Shown here piece by piece: positions 38,503 to 48,024 of a stretch of DNA of 64,000 bases (positions are counted from its first letter, which is position 1; each line of letters opens with the position of its first letter). The stretch is from assembly GCA_965221905.1 (NCBI GenBank), contig OZ244922.1:864001-928000 (forward strand), read 5' to 3'. Both the position numbers and the translations under genes were made by a program. The notes beneath the pieces are model-generated. The model was given only the letters and a program-made list of their open reading frames with translations. It was not told the origin of the DNA and searched no databases. The stretch is from Chloroflexota bacterium (lineage in GTDB: Bacteria; Chloroflexota; UBA11872; VXOZ01).

Positions 38503-39159
38503 TTACGAAGAGGTCTCTTCAAGCGCTTCCGCCGTGCGGTGAGTGCGGATGTATTCGAGGCTGCGGCGGTACTGGTCTTCCGTAATGAATTGCTTGGACA
38601 TATAGAGGTTGAGCATCACTTCGAGGCGCAGAATTGGGTAGAGGGTATATCCGTGTCGCTTAAGGCGCGCTGCGCCGCCTTGATCGCGGTCCACGAGGAC
38701 GATAGCGTCGCGGACGATCAAACCCGCCTCTTGCAAGATAGCCGCCGTTTCCAGGATACTGCCGCCGGAGGTGATGAGGTCGTCGATGATAAGGACGGTC
38801 TCTCCCGCCGCGTAGCGCCCTTCGATGCGGTGCTCTCCTGCCTCGCTGCGCGCGTAGATCATGGGGACATCGGTCGCCAGGGAAAAGGCTGTAGCGAGAT
38901 GCAGCCCTCCAAAGGGAACACCTGCCACAAGGGTGAAGGGGCGAATTTTGGGATGGCGCATAGCTTGGCCGGAGCTTGTCTCCTGGGCGATAAGCTGCGC
39001 GGCGGCGCGCAGCGAGTGTGGATTGCTCACCAAGACTCGCGGGTCGATATAGATTGGCGAATGCACGGTCGTGCGGCCTAGCGTGTAGTCGCCGAAGCGC
39101 ACGCCGCCTAGCTGGAACATGTTTTCAGCAAGCCACAAATTTGAGACAGGCTGCTCCAC
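38503..39159 (-). CDS. Orotate phosphoribosyltransferase-like PRTase
   Basis: VRFGDYTL...SPIYID, AGVPFGG and PRPP motif LIIDDLITSGGS; the canonical RKxxK loop is absent. Confidence 0.8.
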   Translation of the reverse strand: MEQPVSNLWLAENMFQLGGVRFGDYTLGRTTVHSPIYIDPRVLVSNPHSLRAAAQLIAQETSSGQAMRHPKIRPFTLVAGVPFGGLHLATAFSLATDVPMIYARSEAGEHRIEGRYAAGETVLIIDDLITSGGSILETAAILQEAGLIVRDAIVLVDRDQGGAARLKRHGYTLYPILRLEVMLNLYMSKQFITEDQYRRSLEYIRTHRTAEALEETSS

Positions 39160-39202
39160 GTCAATCCCTTTCCGCGTGGATAGAATAGTTGTCAGAAACA
39201 CT

Positions 39203-39232
39203 ATTATCCTTCACCGGCAAGTCGAATGTCAA
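39203..39232 (-). promoter_or_regulatory. Putative sigma70 promoter for the PRTase gene
   Basis: Minus strand reads TTGACA-18 nt-GATAAT. Confidence 0.55.
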
Positions 39233-39265
39233 TTGCCGCTCTGCTGCGCGAGTGGGGCCGGCTGA

Positions 39266-40021
39266 CTATTGCGTGTCCCGCACTTCCGCGATTGCTAGAT
39301 AAGAAAGGCCGAAAGGCAGATTGCGTCGCGCCAGCCACCGGGCCTCGGCTCGATGCACGGCGACAGTCAACGCATTGAGCACGGCCGGTACAGCCGGGAA
39401 ATCGCTTCGGGATTCTTCCTCTCCAGCATTCTGTGACAAGAGTTTCGTAAGACCCCGCACGATCAACGCGGGCGGATAAATTGAAGCGAATGTAGGTGAG
39501 ATACGAAGAAGCCGTAAGCCTGCACCCTCGATTGTTCGCCGGAGAGACCGCTCGGAGTAGCGCCGGAAGTGGTGGAGAGCTCGGTCGTGCTTACCAAAGA
39601 GCGCTGGGTGCGCGGGCACGGTACAGAGGAAGATGCCGCCCGGTCGCAGCACGCGGGCACTCTCGCGGACCGCGGGCGCATCATGGCGCAGGTGCTCCAG
39701 CATGTCGGCAGCCACAATCAGGTCGAAGGCATCAGCAGCATACGGGAGCGCCGTGGCGCTGGACTGCACCAGGTTGCCAAGGTTGCGCTCCGCACAGAAG
39801 GTAAGCGCTGCTTTCTCAATGTCGATGCCATGTGTTTCTCCATCGGTGGAGAGCATTTCGAGGACGGCGCCGGTGCCACACCCGATGTCGAGGATGCGCG
39901 GGCCGGCAGGGAGCCGCGTGTCAACAGTGCTCAGAGCTGCTTGCAAGAACAGGCGCTTGGACTTGAACCACCAGTAGTGGTCTTCCAGCGCAAACATCTT
40001 GGCATACTCGTCGCGTTTCAC
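39266..40021 (-). CDS. Class I SAM methyltransferase (type 11; EDHYWWF family often found with glycan genes)
   Basis: LEDHYWWF, ILDIGCGTG, DMLEH and HDRALHHFRRY. Confidence 0.9.
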   Translation of the reverse strand: MKRDEYAKMFALEDHYWWFKSKRLFLQAALSTVDTRLPAGPRILDIGCGTGAVLEMLSTDGETHGIDIEKAALTFCAERNLGNLVQSSATALPYAADAFDLIVAADMLEHLRHDAPAVRESARVLRPGGIFLCTVPAHPALFGKHDRALHHFRRYSERSLRRTIEGAGLRLLRISPTFASIYPPALIVRGLTKLLSQNAGEEESRSDFPAVPAVLNALTVAVHRAEARWLARRNLPFGLSYLAIAEVRDTQ

Positions 40022-40583
40022 CGTAGCTTCACCTAACCCCTAAATGCATTGCGACATGTACAATGTTGGTCGTAAAGAGCACTGGCGCCAAAATACTCCT
40101 GCGCGGTCCGGTCGGCGATCTACCGGCTAATTCGGGAGATCAGCGAGGATTTCAGTCCCTCAGCACCTGAGATAAAGACCGCTGCGATGGACTTTGCCAC
40201 TTAGTCTGAAGGACACCGGATACACGCGAACCGGGACCAACTGACTTCTGCTCCATCGCTACGCCGCTGCACACTCTAGTATGTATTGTACGGCATTGGG
40301 ATGAGGACGCGAATGGGCCGTAGGGCAAGGAAGCGTGTGCCGGCAGAGTGGATTGCCGGTAGGAAGCGCGACGACTCTCGGCGGAAGAGCCGTGAGAGCA
40401 AATGCTCCGGGCGCGCTGAGATTGTCTGGAGAGATGCCGAGCGTTAGAGAGTTCGCATTGCACCTCTTTACGGCCGGCAAGCTAAGATAGAAACGTGAGC
40501 GCAAGCGGAGGGACCTGACTGTGTGCTATGCCCGCTGCCAGGTGATGATGCGGCGGCAAAGCGCCTAAAGACGAAAGAGAACA

Positions 40584-42140
40584 ATGAAGACACATTCGAC
40601 ACTCCTCGGTGTAGTGAGCATACTCGCGAGTGCTGTGGCCTCTGCGGCCTTACTGGTGCTGGCGTTTCCTCCGTATGACTATTGGTTCCTGGCGTGGGTG
40701 GCACTCGTGCCGATGTTGTTGCCGCTGGCACTTCCCACGCAGCGCCCGCGCACTGCCCGGGCCTCGGCTGCCCTGACGTTCGTGCTTTTCATGGGCGTGC
40801 TCTTCTGGCAGGCATTCCCGCCCGGCCTCACGTCCCGCGCCTGGCGGAGCGGCGACTTTCCGCCGATTCTCTTTCTTGACTCACCGGCGTTATTCGTGAG
40901 CGTCATTCTGCTCCCGACTCTCTTTGTGATTTTCTATTTCGGGCGCGTACCGATCGGCTCGCCGATCTCCCTTGCGCAGGTAAAGCCGTACTTCTGGCTC
41001 CTGCCGCCCGCTGTGTGGACGCTCACTGAGTACGTCCGCTACCGGCTGCAGTTCGGTCACATCTGGGGCAATCTCTTTACAACGCAGCACACAGCACCGG
41101 CCGCATTGGTGGTTACGCGGTTTGGCGGCCCGTGGTTGCTGACGTTTTGTATAGTCCTGGTCAATGTCCTCATTGTGGTTGGTCTCGCTCGCTTGCTGGC
41201 GCGCCTTCCCGCGAGAGCTGCAGGAGTGTCCGCGCTGGCAATTCCAGTCTTGCTGGGCAGCGTATTCTTTGGCTCGGCAGTGCAGGCATTCGCTGCGCCA
41301 CAAGCACAGACTGAGCCGCGGACGATAGAAGTGGCGCTCGTGCAGCCCGGCATCGACATGTCCGACTACTACGATATGTCGGTCCGGCAGGGCGTGCGCG
41401 ACTACTTCGCGCTGGCTTGGAGCGACGTGGAGCAACTCTCACGCGAGCAAGCGCAGGGCGCGGACCTCATCGTCTGGCCGGAGGCAACGGTCTGGCGCGA
41501 CGTGCAAGCCGACCCCGAAGCCCGCGACCGCCTGGCGCAGTTTGCCCGTGAGATGAATGCGTATCTCTTTGCCCCCTACTTTGTGGACACTGATCCCCGT
41601 GGCTTCCGCAATGAGGCAGTGCTGGTCTCTCCTGAGGGAGAGTTTCTTGGCGTGTACGCTAAGAACCACCCCATAGTCTTCGTGGGAGAGGAAAGCGTGA
41701 CCGGCGGCGCGCATCCGGTATTCTTCACGCCTCTGGGCACGTTTGCCACGATGATGGCGTACGATTCTGACTTTCCCGACGTGGCGCGAACGCTAACGTC
41801 CAACGGCGCGCAGCTCATTGCGGTCACGAGCCATGACTGGGTGGAAATGAGCCCGTTTCAGGTGGCGGCCGGCGCACTACGCGCCGCTGAGAATAACGTA
41901 ACCATTGTAAAGGCGGATTGGCGCTACGGCAGCGCTGTAATCCTGCCTAGCGGTGAAATCATCGCCAGCACTTCTGCGTTGGAGCCGGATCGCACGGTAC
42001 TCCGTGCCACCGTACCCGTACCGGAGGACTCCGGCACGCTGTACACGCGCACCGGCGACTGGTTCCCAGGACTGTGCGCACTCTTAGTCGTTGGGCTGCT
42101 GGCCCGAATGCGCTGGGAACGGCGATCCGCAGGCCGTTAA
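40584..42140 (+). CDS. Apolipoprotein N-acyltransferase (Lnt)-like membrane nitrilase with catalytic Cys replaced by Ala
   Basis: LAFPP..W.LAWVALVP TM region, VALVQP, IVWPEA, YAKNH, MMAYD (normally ICY[DE]) and RAAEN...TLYTRTGDWF. Confidence 0.85.
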   Translation: MKTHSTLLGVVSILASAVASAALLVLAFPPYDYWFLAWVALVPMLLPLALPTQRPRTARASAALTFVLFMGVLFWQAFPPGLTSRAWRSGDFPPILFLDSPALFVSVILLPTLFVIFYFGRVPIGSPISLAQVKPYFWLLPPAVWTLTEYVRYRLQFGHIWGNLFTTQHTAPAALVVTRFGGPWLLTFCIVLVNVLIVVGLARLLARLPARAAGVSALAIPVLLGSVFFGSAVQAFAAPQAQTEPRTIEVALVQPGIDMSDYYDMSVRQGVRDYFALAWSDVEQLSREQAQGADLIVWPEATVWRDVQADPEARDRLAQFAREMNAYLFAPYFVDTDPRGFRNEAVLVSPEGEFLGVYAKNHPIVFVGEESVTGGAHPVFFTPLGTFATMMAYDSDFPDVARTLTSNGAQLIAVTSHDWVEMSPFQVAAGALRAAENNVTIVKADWRYGSAVILPSGEIIASTSALEPDRTVLRATVPVPEDSGTLYTRTGDWFPGLCALLVVGLLARMRWERRSAGR

Positions 42141-42152
42141 AGAGGGAAATCC

Positions 42153-43301
42153 ATGGGGAAGATAACGCTCACCGGCAAGCAGAGCGACTTTCTCAAGATC
42201 GTGGCGGCTGCCGCCGGACGAGGTGACCTGGAGGCGGTGCAAGCCTTGGTCGAGGCCGACCCTCGCTGGGTGCATACCGTCGGCTCTCACGGGCGCACGA
42301 TGCTGTGGGAAGCATCTTATTGGGGCAAACAAGCAGTTGCGGAGTTTCTGGTCGAACGTGGCGCCGATGTGAACGCCAGCGCCTGCCATTACAGCCAGCA
42401 TTACGTGGAGATTAGTTGCTACTGCATTGCCAGGGCCAAGAAGCGCCATGTCCTTGCCGACTATCTGCTAGAGCGCGGCGCGACAGTAAACGTGTTTACG
42501 GCAGCCTATCTAGGGGAAACGGCGGCGGTCGCTGGATTCATTGAAGCCGATCCAATGCTGCTTGAAAGCACCCAAGCGCAGCACGACTCTCAGCGGTCAG
42601 AAGGGGGACGGCTGGTCTTCGACCACATGCCCAACATGTGGGCCACGCCGCTCGCTTATGCGCTCAGCGGCGGTAGCGGAGATACGGTTGCTCTGCTGCT
42701 CGAGCGCGGTGCGGAAGTACGCAAATACGACACACGGTTGCTAGGCATTGCGGTGGGCCGCAACCGACTGGACTTAGTTCAGATGCTCTTGGAGCACGGG
42801 GCCGATGCCGACCAACTCCCATTGGCAGACCCTTCCCAGAACCGCGAATTAGCAGAGCTGGCAATTGCCCACGGTTATGACGTCAATACCGGCCGTCCCG
42901 GCTGGCCGCCACTGGTGGTTGCGAGCCGCGGTGACAAAGGAGAACATCCCGAGCGGCTACAGGCGCTGCTGGAACTTGGGGCGGACGTGAACGTGCGCGA
43001 CTACAAAGGTAAGACCGCGCTCCACCGCGCCGCCACCGCCGGCTTCCTCGCCAGCATGGAGGTCCTGCTGGCTAACGGCGCGGACATTAACGCCGCAGAC
43101 CTCCAGGGTGACACCCCGCTCTTTGACGCAATCCGCGCCGGTCAGGTCGAGGCAGTAGCCCTGCTGCTAGAGCGCGGCGCAGATGCAGGGGCAGAGAATA
43201 AGAGAGGCGTCTCTATAGTCTCTTTGGCGAAGAGGATGAGGAAGCAGGGCGCGGCTGAGATCGTGAGAATGCTGACCGATGACGCATTGCAAGCGAAGTG
43301 A
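42153..43301 (+). CDS. Ankyrin repeat protein
   Basis: Repeated G.T.LH.A...LL..GAD.N units, e.g. GKTALHRAA and GDTPLFDA. Confidence 0.92.
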   Translation: MGKITLTGKQSDFLKIVAAAAGRGDLEAVQALVEADPRWVHTVGSHGRTMLWEASYWGKQAVAEFLVERGADVNASACHYSQHYVEISCYCIARAKKRHVLADYLLERGATVNVFTAAYLGETAAVAGFIEADPMLLESTQAQHDSQRSEGGRLVFDHMPNMWATPLAYALSGGSGDTVALLLERGAEVRKYDTRLLGIAVGRNRLDLVQMLLEHGADADQLPLADPSQNRELAELAIAHGYDVNTGRPGWPPLVVASRGDKGEHPERLQALLELGADVNVRDYKGKTALHRAATAGFLASMEVLLANGADINAADLQGDTPLFDAIRAGQVEAVALLLERGADAGAENKRGVSIVSLAKRMRKQGAAEIVRMLTDDALQAK

Positions 43302-43388
43302 TCGGGACTAGAAGTGGCGTAGAGTGACTGGGTCGTTGGCAGGTTTTACAGAACAGTCACTTCTGAACTATAGAGAAATGATCCGTTC

Positions 43389-43456
43389 TGTCATTCCGGC
43401 GAAAGCCGGAATCCATCTTCGCTGCGCCCTGGACTCCGGCTTGCGCCGGAGTGACG
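43389..43456. repeat. CGTC-type REP doublet
   Basis: TGTCATTCCGGCGAAAGCCGGAATCC...GGACTCCGGCTTGCGCCGGAGTGACG. Confidence 0.9.
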
Positions 43457-43464
43457 AACGGCAT

Positions 43465-44226
43465 CTAGCCCAGGCACCCACCGTAGCGTTCGAGCGCCGC
43501 CAGGATTCCGTTCTCCGTTACGTCGGGCGCGATCCAGTGGGCAATGGCTTTGAGGTCGGGGTGAGCGTTGCCCATGGCAATGCGCAGTCCGCATTCCTGG
43601 AGAAACTCAACGTCGTTGGGGCCGTCGCCGATGCCGATGATCTGCGCAGGCGTAGTGTCGAGCAGGCGCGCATAGCGATGGACGGCGGTCGCTTTGGTGC
43701 CGCGCTTGTGGGTGACGTCCACACCCCACGTCTTACCGGGCTCATAGGGAAAGCGGGTCACGTGCACCGGCCTTTCCGGTGGAAAGAGCTGTTCAAAGCG
43801 CGGCAGGTCAGCCGTGGGCACCGGCAGCACCGTGATGCGTGTAATGCGCCATTGGCTAATGTCCGCTACGGCCTCAACCACCGTCGTGTCGTCTACGGCG
43901 GAGAAGGTATACGGGCTCTGTGTTACGGCGTCCAGCAACGTGTGGGCATCCTCCGATTCCAGATAGATGCAGTCGAGGGTCTCCATTGTGTCGGCGCGGA
44001 AGATGCGGGCGCCGCCGTCGGCAACCTGAGGTCCCTTGAGACTGAAGCGTTCGGCCATGGCGGCAACGTAGTGAAAGTCCCGGCTGGATATGAGGCTTAC
44101 ATGGCACTGCTGCGCCACGGCCGATAGCCCTGCGACCACTGGCGCCGGAGGCGGCACGCCATAGGGCGCAAGTGTGCCGTCGATGTCGGTGAGCAATGCC
44201 CGATAGTGCGTTCCACTTGGTTGCAT
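43465..44226 (-). CDS. Cof-type HAD hydrolase (IIB)
   Basis: LTDIDGTL, ISSR, GTKATA and IGDGPNDVEFL...AMGNA. Confidence 0.9.
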   Translation of the reverse strand: MQPSGTHYRALLTDIDGTLAPYGVPPPAPVVAGLSAVAQQCHVSLISSRDFHYVAAMAERFSLKGPQVADGGARIFRADTMETLDCIYLESEDAHTLLDAVTQSPYTFSAVDDTTVVEAVADISQWRITRITVLPVPTADLPRFEQLFPPERPVHVTRFPYEPGKTWGVDVTHKRGTKATAVHRYARLLDTTPAQIIGIGDGPNDVEFLQECGLRIAMGNAHPDLKAIAHWIAPDVTENGILAALERYGGCLG

Positions 44227-44317
44227 CGATTGCGTTTCCTGTCACTGTCCTTGGGGATAGTTCGCAGACATCACCTTCGCGCGTGGATACTTTACCGCGG
44301 GAAAGAGCGTTTGGGGC

Positions 44318-44386
44318 CGTCATTCCGGCGAAAGCCGGAATCCATCTTAACTACGCCCCTGGACTCCGGCCTTCGCCGGAGTGACG
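44318..44386. repeat. CGTC-type REP doublet
   Basis: CGTCATTCCGGCGAAAGCCGGAATCC...GGACTCCGGCCTTCGCCGGAGTGACG. Confidence 0.9.
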
Positions 44387-44456
44387 ACGGGAATGCGCCT
44401 CGAACTTGGAACGCGGAGACCTGCAATCGCTCACCGACAAACTTCCGCCTAGAAAA

Positions 44457-45818
44457 TCAGGCTAAATCAACCCGCTGCACTGCACTCTCCAAGGCAGCGA
44501 CAAAGCGGTCGACCTCGTCCTGTCCCATCGGCGTCGATAGAGCGCCCAGGCCCTCCTTGGAGACGATGACCCCCGCATCCAGCAGGCCGCGATGCAGGCC
44601 GCGCAGGCGCGCTTCCGCGACCGGCCCCTTGGGGATACTGCGGTAGTTGACGATAGGCGCATCCGTAGGCACGACAATGATGAGCGAACCGGCGCCGCTG
44701 ATTTGGCCGGGTACGCCCGCATCGGCAAAGACCGCATTGGCGCGGGCGCGCAGATCGTCGCCCAAGGCTTCCAAGCGCGAGTACACATCCGGTGTGAGTT
44801 GCGTCAGGGCGGCAATGCCGGCTGTCGCGGAGAGTGGGTTGCCGCTGTACGTGCCGCCGGAAGCAAGCGCGGGCGGTCCCTCAGTGGGGTCGAGCAGCGC
44901 CATGATCTCGGCACTGCCGCCCACCGCGCCAATCGGCAGTCCGCCACCGATGATCTTGCCAAAGACCGTGAGATCGGGTTCGCCGCCAAAGCGGGCGGCC
45001 CCGCCCTGGTAACTCACCCGAAAGCTGATCACCTCATCGGAAATGAGCACGATGCCGTAGTCTCGCGTAATCTCGCGCAAGAACGCGAGGAAGTCGTCCT
45101 GGGGCAGCGGAAAGCCGGAGCGGTTGCAGAGCGGGTCGTAAAGCAGCGCCGCTATTTCTGCACCGTGTTGTTCGAGCAGGCAGGTCACGGCTTCACGATC
45201 GTTGTATGGCAGCGTCAGCACGTCGGATTCAACCGAATCGGCCAGTCCGCCGCTGCTGGCCACGCTGTGGGGAGCGTCCGCCGGGCCCCATGAGTCCGGT
45301 TGCGATGAATAGCTGACCTGCACGTAGTCGTAGTAACCGTGATAGAAGCCCTCGAATTTGGCAATCCGGCTGCGTCCCGTGAATGTGCGCGCCAGCTTGA
45401 CCGCCAGCATCACGGCCTCGGTACCGGAATTCGCAAAGCGAATCTTTTCCAAAGCGGGGACGCGGGTTACGAGCAGACGGGCAAGGTCGAGCTCCGGCTC
45501 CGCCGGTTCGGAGAAGGCCGTGCCGCGCTGCAGTTGATCGATGATGGCGTTGTTAATTATCGGGTTGGCATGGCCGTGGATCAACGCGGTCATGTTGTTG
45601 AGGTAGTCGACGCGCTCGACGCCCTCCACGTCGGTCAGGTAGCAGCCGTTACCGGACTTGGCATAGATTGGATACGGTTGATAGTAGTAGTGGAGCCGTG
45701 AGGTGCCGCCTGGCATGTACTGAGAGGATTCTTCGAAAAGCTTGGCAGTTTCGCTGGACAAGGATAGAGATTCGCCAGGGTCGGTCGCAACTCCCCCTTG
45801 GCTTTGCCGCTGGCCCAT
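44457..45818 (-). CDS. Class III PLP aminotransferase (GSA aminomutase-like)
   Basis: FANSGTEAVM, KFEGFYHG, ISDEVISFR, FGKIIGGGLPIGA and GTYSGNPL; ATG follows GAGGAGG. Confidence 0.92.
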   Translation of the reverse strand: MGQRQSQGGVATDPGESLSLSSETAKLFEESSQYMPGGTSRLHYYYQPYPIYAKSGNGCYLTDVEGVERVDYLNNMTALIHGHANPIINNAIIDQLQRGTAFSEPAEPELDLARLLVTRVPALEKIRFANSGTEAVMLAVKLARTFTGRSRIAKFEGFYHGYYDYVQVSYSSQPDSWGPADAPHSVASSGGLADSVESDVLTLPYNDREAVTCLLEQHGAEIAALLYDPLCNRSGFPLPQDDFLAFLREITRDYGIVLISDEVISFRVSYQGGAARFGGEPDLTVFGKIIGGGLPIGAVGGSAEIMALLDPTEGPPALASGGTYSGNPLSATAGIAALTQLTPDVYSRLEALGDDLRARANAVFADAGVPGQISGAGSLIIVVPTDAPIVNYRSIPKGPVAEARLRGLHRGLLDAGVIVSKEGLGALSTPMGQDEVDRFVAALESAVQRVDLA

Positions 45819-46161
45819 GGCCGCCTCCTCGATGCTTGTAAGGTCTTGTGGCGATGATATACTCAATGGCGCACGGGCACAACGGCATGAATTCGACGCA
45901 TGCGCTGAGCGGAGGTGCGCCCGCGACTGTTTGCATGGGCCAGCGAAGATGGGCGAGCATTTTGGCTCCCGAGTTATGACCTCTAGGGCGGGGTGCAGCA
46001 ATGACTGTGTTCAGGCCGCGCGTTGCCATGCAACGCACGCAATACTGCTGACCGGCCCTCCAGAATGGCACTATCATGTTGCCATCTCCATTCGACCGCC
46101 TTCTGAGAGAAAAAAATTCACATTTTGATCCGCCCGGTAGCTTTTTAGAGACTCCGTTGCT

Positions 46162-47673
46162 ATGAATGCCCTACAAATACCTCAATATGCAGATAAAGTC
46201 GTGATTGGGGGCGGCACGGCCGGGGCTGCCGTGGCGGGACTGCTTGCGGAACGCGGCGACCGGTCGGTACTGCTCCTGGAGGCCGGCCCCGACTACGGTA
46301 GCCTCGCGGAGGGTCGGTGGCCGAGCGACTTACTGGATGGTCGCGTGCTCGCCAGCACCCACGACTGGTCGTTCACCAGTGCGGCGGCAAACGGTAAACC
46401 GGGCCACGCGCTGCAGCGCGCCAAGGTGATTGGCGGCTGCTCAGCGCATAACGGCTGTATCGTGATCTGGGGCAGCCGCGCCGACTACGACGGCTGGGCT
46501 GCTGCGGGCAACGACGGCTGGTCGACCGCAGAGGTGCTTCCCTACTTCCGGCAGGCAGCGGCACGACTCTGCGCGCGGGATTTCGCGCCGGAGGAGGTAA
46601 CCCCGCTCCACGGCGCGTGCCTGAAAGCCATGATTGCCGTCGGCATCCCCCTTTCAACCGACCTCAATGACCTTGATGAGGACACCGGCGCGGCGCTCGC
46701 GCCGATCAACATCAGGAACGGAGTCCGCTGGAGCACGGCGCTTGCCTATCTCGACCCGATGCGGAACCAAGGAGACTTGACCATAGTGGGCGATGCGCTG
46801 GTAGAGAAAATCAACCTGCAGGGCTCGCGCGCAACCTCGGTCGATTTCATCCGCGAAGGAGAGAGGATGACGGTTGAGGCTGGGAGAATTTATCTATGTG
46901 CGGGTACGTATGGCTCCCCCGCCATCCTGCTGCGCTCCGGCATCGGCCCGGCAGATGAATTACAAAAGACTGGGATAGTTACTAAAATCGACCTTCCCGG
47001 AGTTGGCCGTAACCTGCACGATCATCCGGGCGTCAGCATGACGCACCACGGCACGCCGCTCTTCAATTCCTTGATGACAGACTGCATAGCCGCCGGTAAG
47101 ACCGTCTTCACGGAGCAATGCCTTGCCAAGGCGCGCAGCAGCCGCTGCAAAGAGGCATTCGACCTGCACATAGCCCCGCTTACTGCAGCCGGGCCAGACG
47201 GGGACGGACGCTGGGAGTGCTCGATGTACGTCGCGAACATGGCGCCCCAGTCCCGCGGTCGGCTCACGCTGCGCGACAGCGACCCTCGCAGCAACCCGGT
47301 AATCGATACCGGCTATTTTACGGATCCAGGCGACAACGACCTGGCGGTGCTGATGGACGGCGTCCTCTTGACTAGGGAGATCGCGCGTGAGCAACCGCTT
47401 GCCGCGTTGATCGGCCCCGAGCTTGACGAAACGGCCGGCATAGTTACGGCCGAGGAATTGCGCCGCAACAGCCTCCACTACTTCCACCCGGTCGGCACCT
47501 GCAAGATGGGCCCGACCTCCGACCCTGAAGCTGTAGTAGATTCAGTAGGAAGGGTTCACGGTATAAAGGGTCTCCACGTCATTGACGCCTCGATCATGCC
47601 CACTGTCCCCAGAGCCAATACCAATCTGCCAACGCTCATGCTCGCCGAGCGGATCGTCGCCGGGCTTGACTAG
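46162..47673 (+). CDS. GMC family FAD oxidoreductase (choline dehydrogenase-like)
   Basis: IGGGTAG, LLEAGPD, KVIGGCSAHN, GVGRNLHDH, YFHPVGTCKMG and ANTNLP. Confidence 0.93.
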   Translation: MNALQIPQYADKVVIGGGTAGAAVAGLLAERGDRSVLLLEAGPDYGSLAEGRWPSDLLDGRVLASTHDWSFTSAAANGKPGHALQRAKVIGGCSAHNGCIVIWGSRADYDGWAAAGNDGWSTAEVLPYFRQAAARLCARDFAPEEVTPLHGACLKAMIAVGIPLSTDLNDLDEDTGAALAPINIRNGVRWSTALAYLDPMRNQGDLTIVGDALVEKINLQGSRATSVDFIREGERMTVEAGRIYLCAGTYGSPAILLRSGIGPADELQKTGIVTKIDLPGVGRNLHDHPGVSMTHHGTPLFNSLMTDCIAAGKTVFTEQCLAKARSSRCKEAFDLHIAPLTAAGPDGDGRWECSMYVANMAPQSRGRLTLRDSDPRSNPVIDTGYFTDPGDNDLAVLMDGVLLTREIAREQPLAALIGPELDETAGIVTAEELRRNSLHYFHPVGTCKMGPTSDPEAVVDSVGRVHGIKGLHVIDASIMPTVPRANTNLPTLMLAERIVAGLD

Positions 47674-48024
47674 AGGCGTCTGGGCCGGATTTGGTACAGT
47701 TTGGCGACCCCGACCGTACGATAGCTAGAACCTTCGAACTGAGATTCAACTCAAAATCCCAGTTGTATGCCGACCCGTACCCACTGATTGGGGCGACCTG
47801 TCAATCTGTATAGGCATAGTACATTCGTCTGGCCGCCATGGCTCCCTTGACCCACGCTCGGCAGTTAAAATGACACACTCACACTACCAGCGATTCATTC
47901 CTTTTCGATCTCAGAATTTTCCTACGAAAACTACTAGATTCTCTCCTGAAAGTGATGTATTGTGAAATTATAATCCAGGGAACACGACGGGAATATTGGG
48001 CCGCCAGAGTATCCAGGTAGCACA

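Noticed and set aside
40022-40583. Possible riboswitch upstream of the Lnt-like gene (CTGGAGAGA motif)
   Set aside because: The remaining glycine-riboswitch consensus and a terminator were not found.
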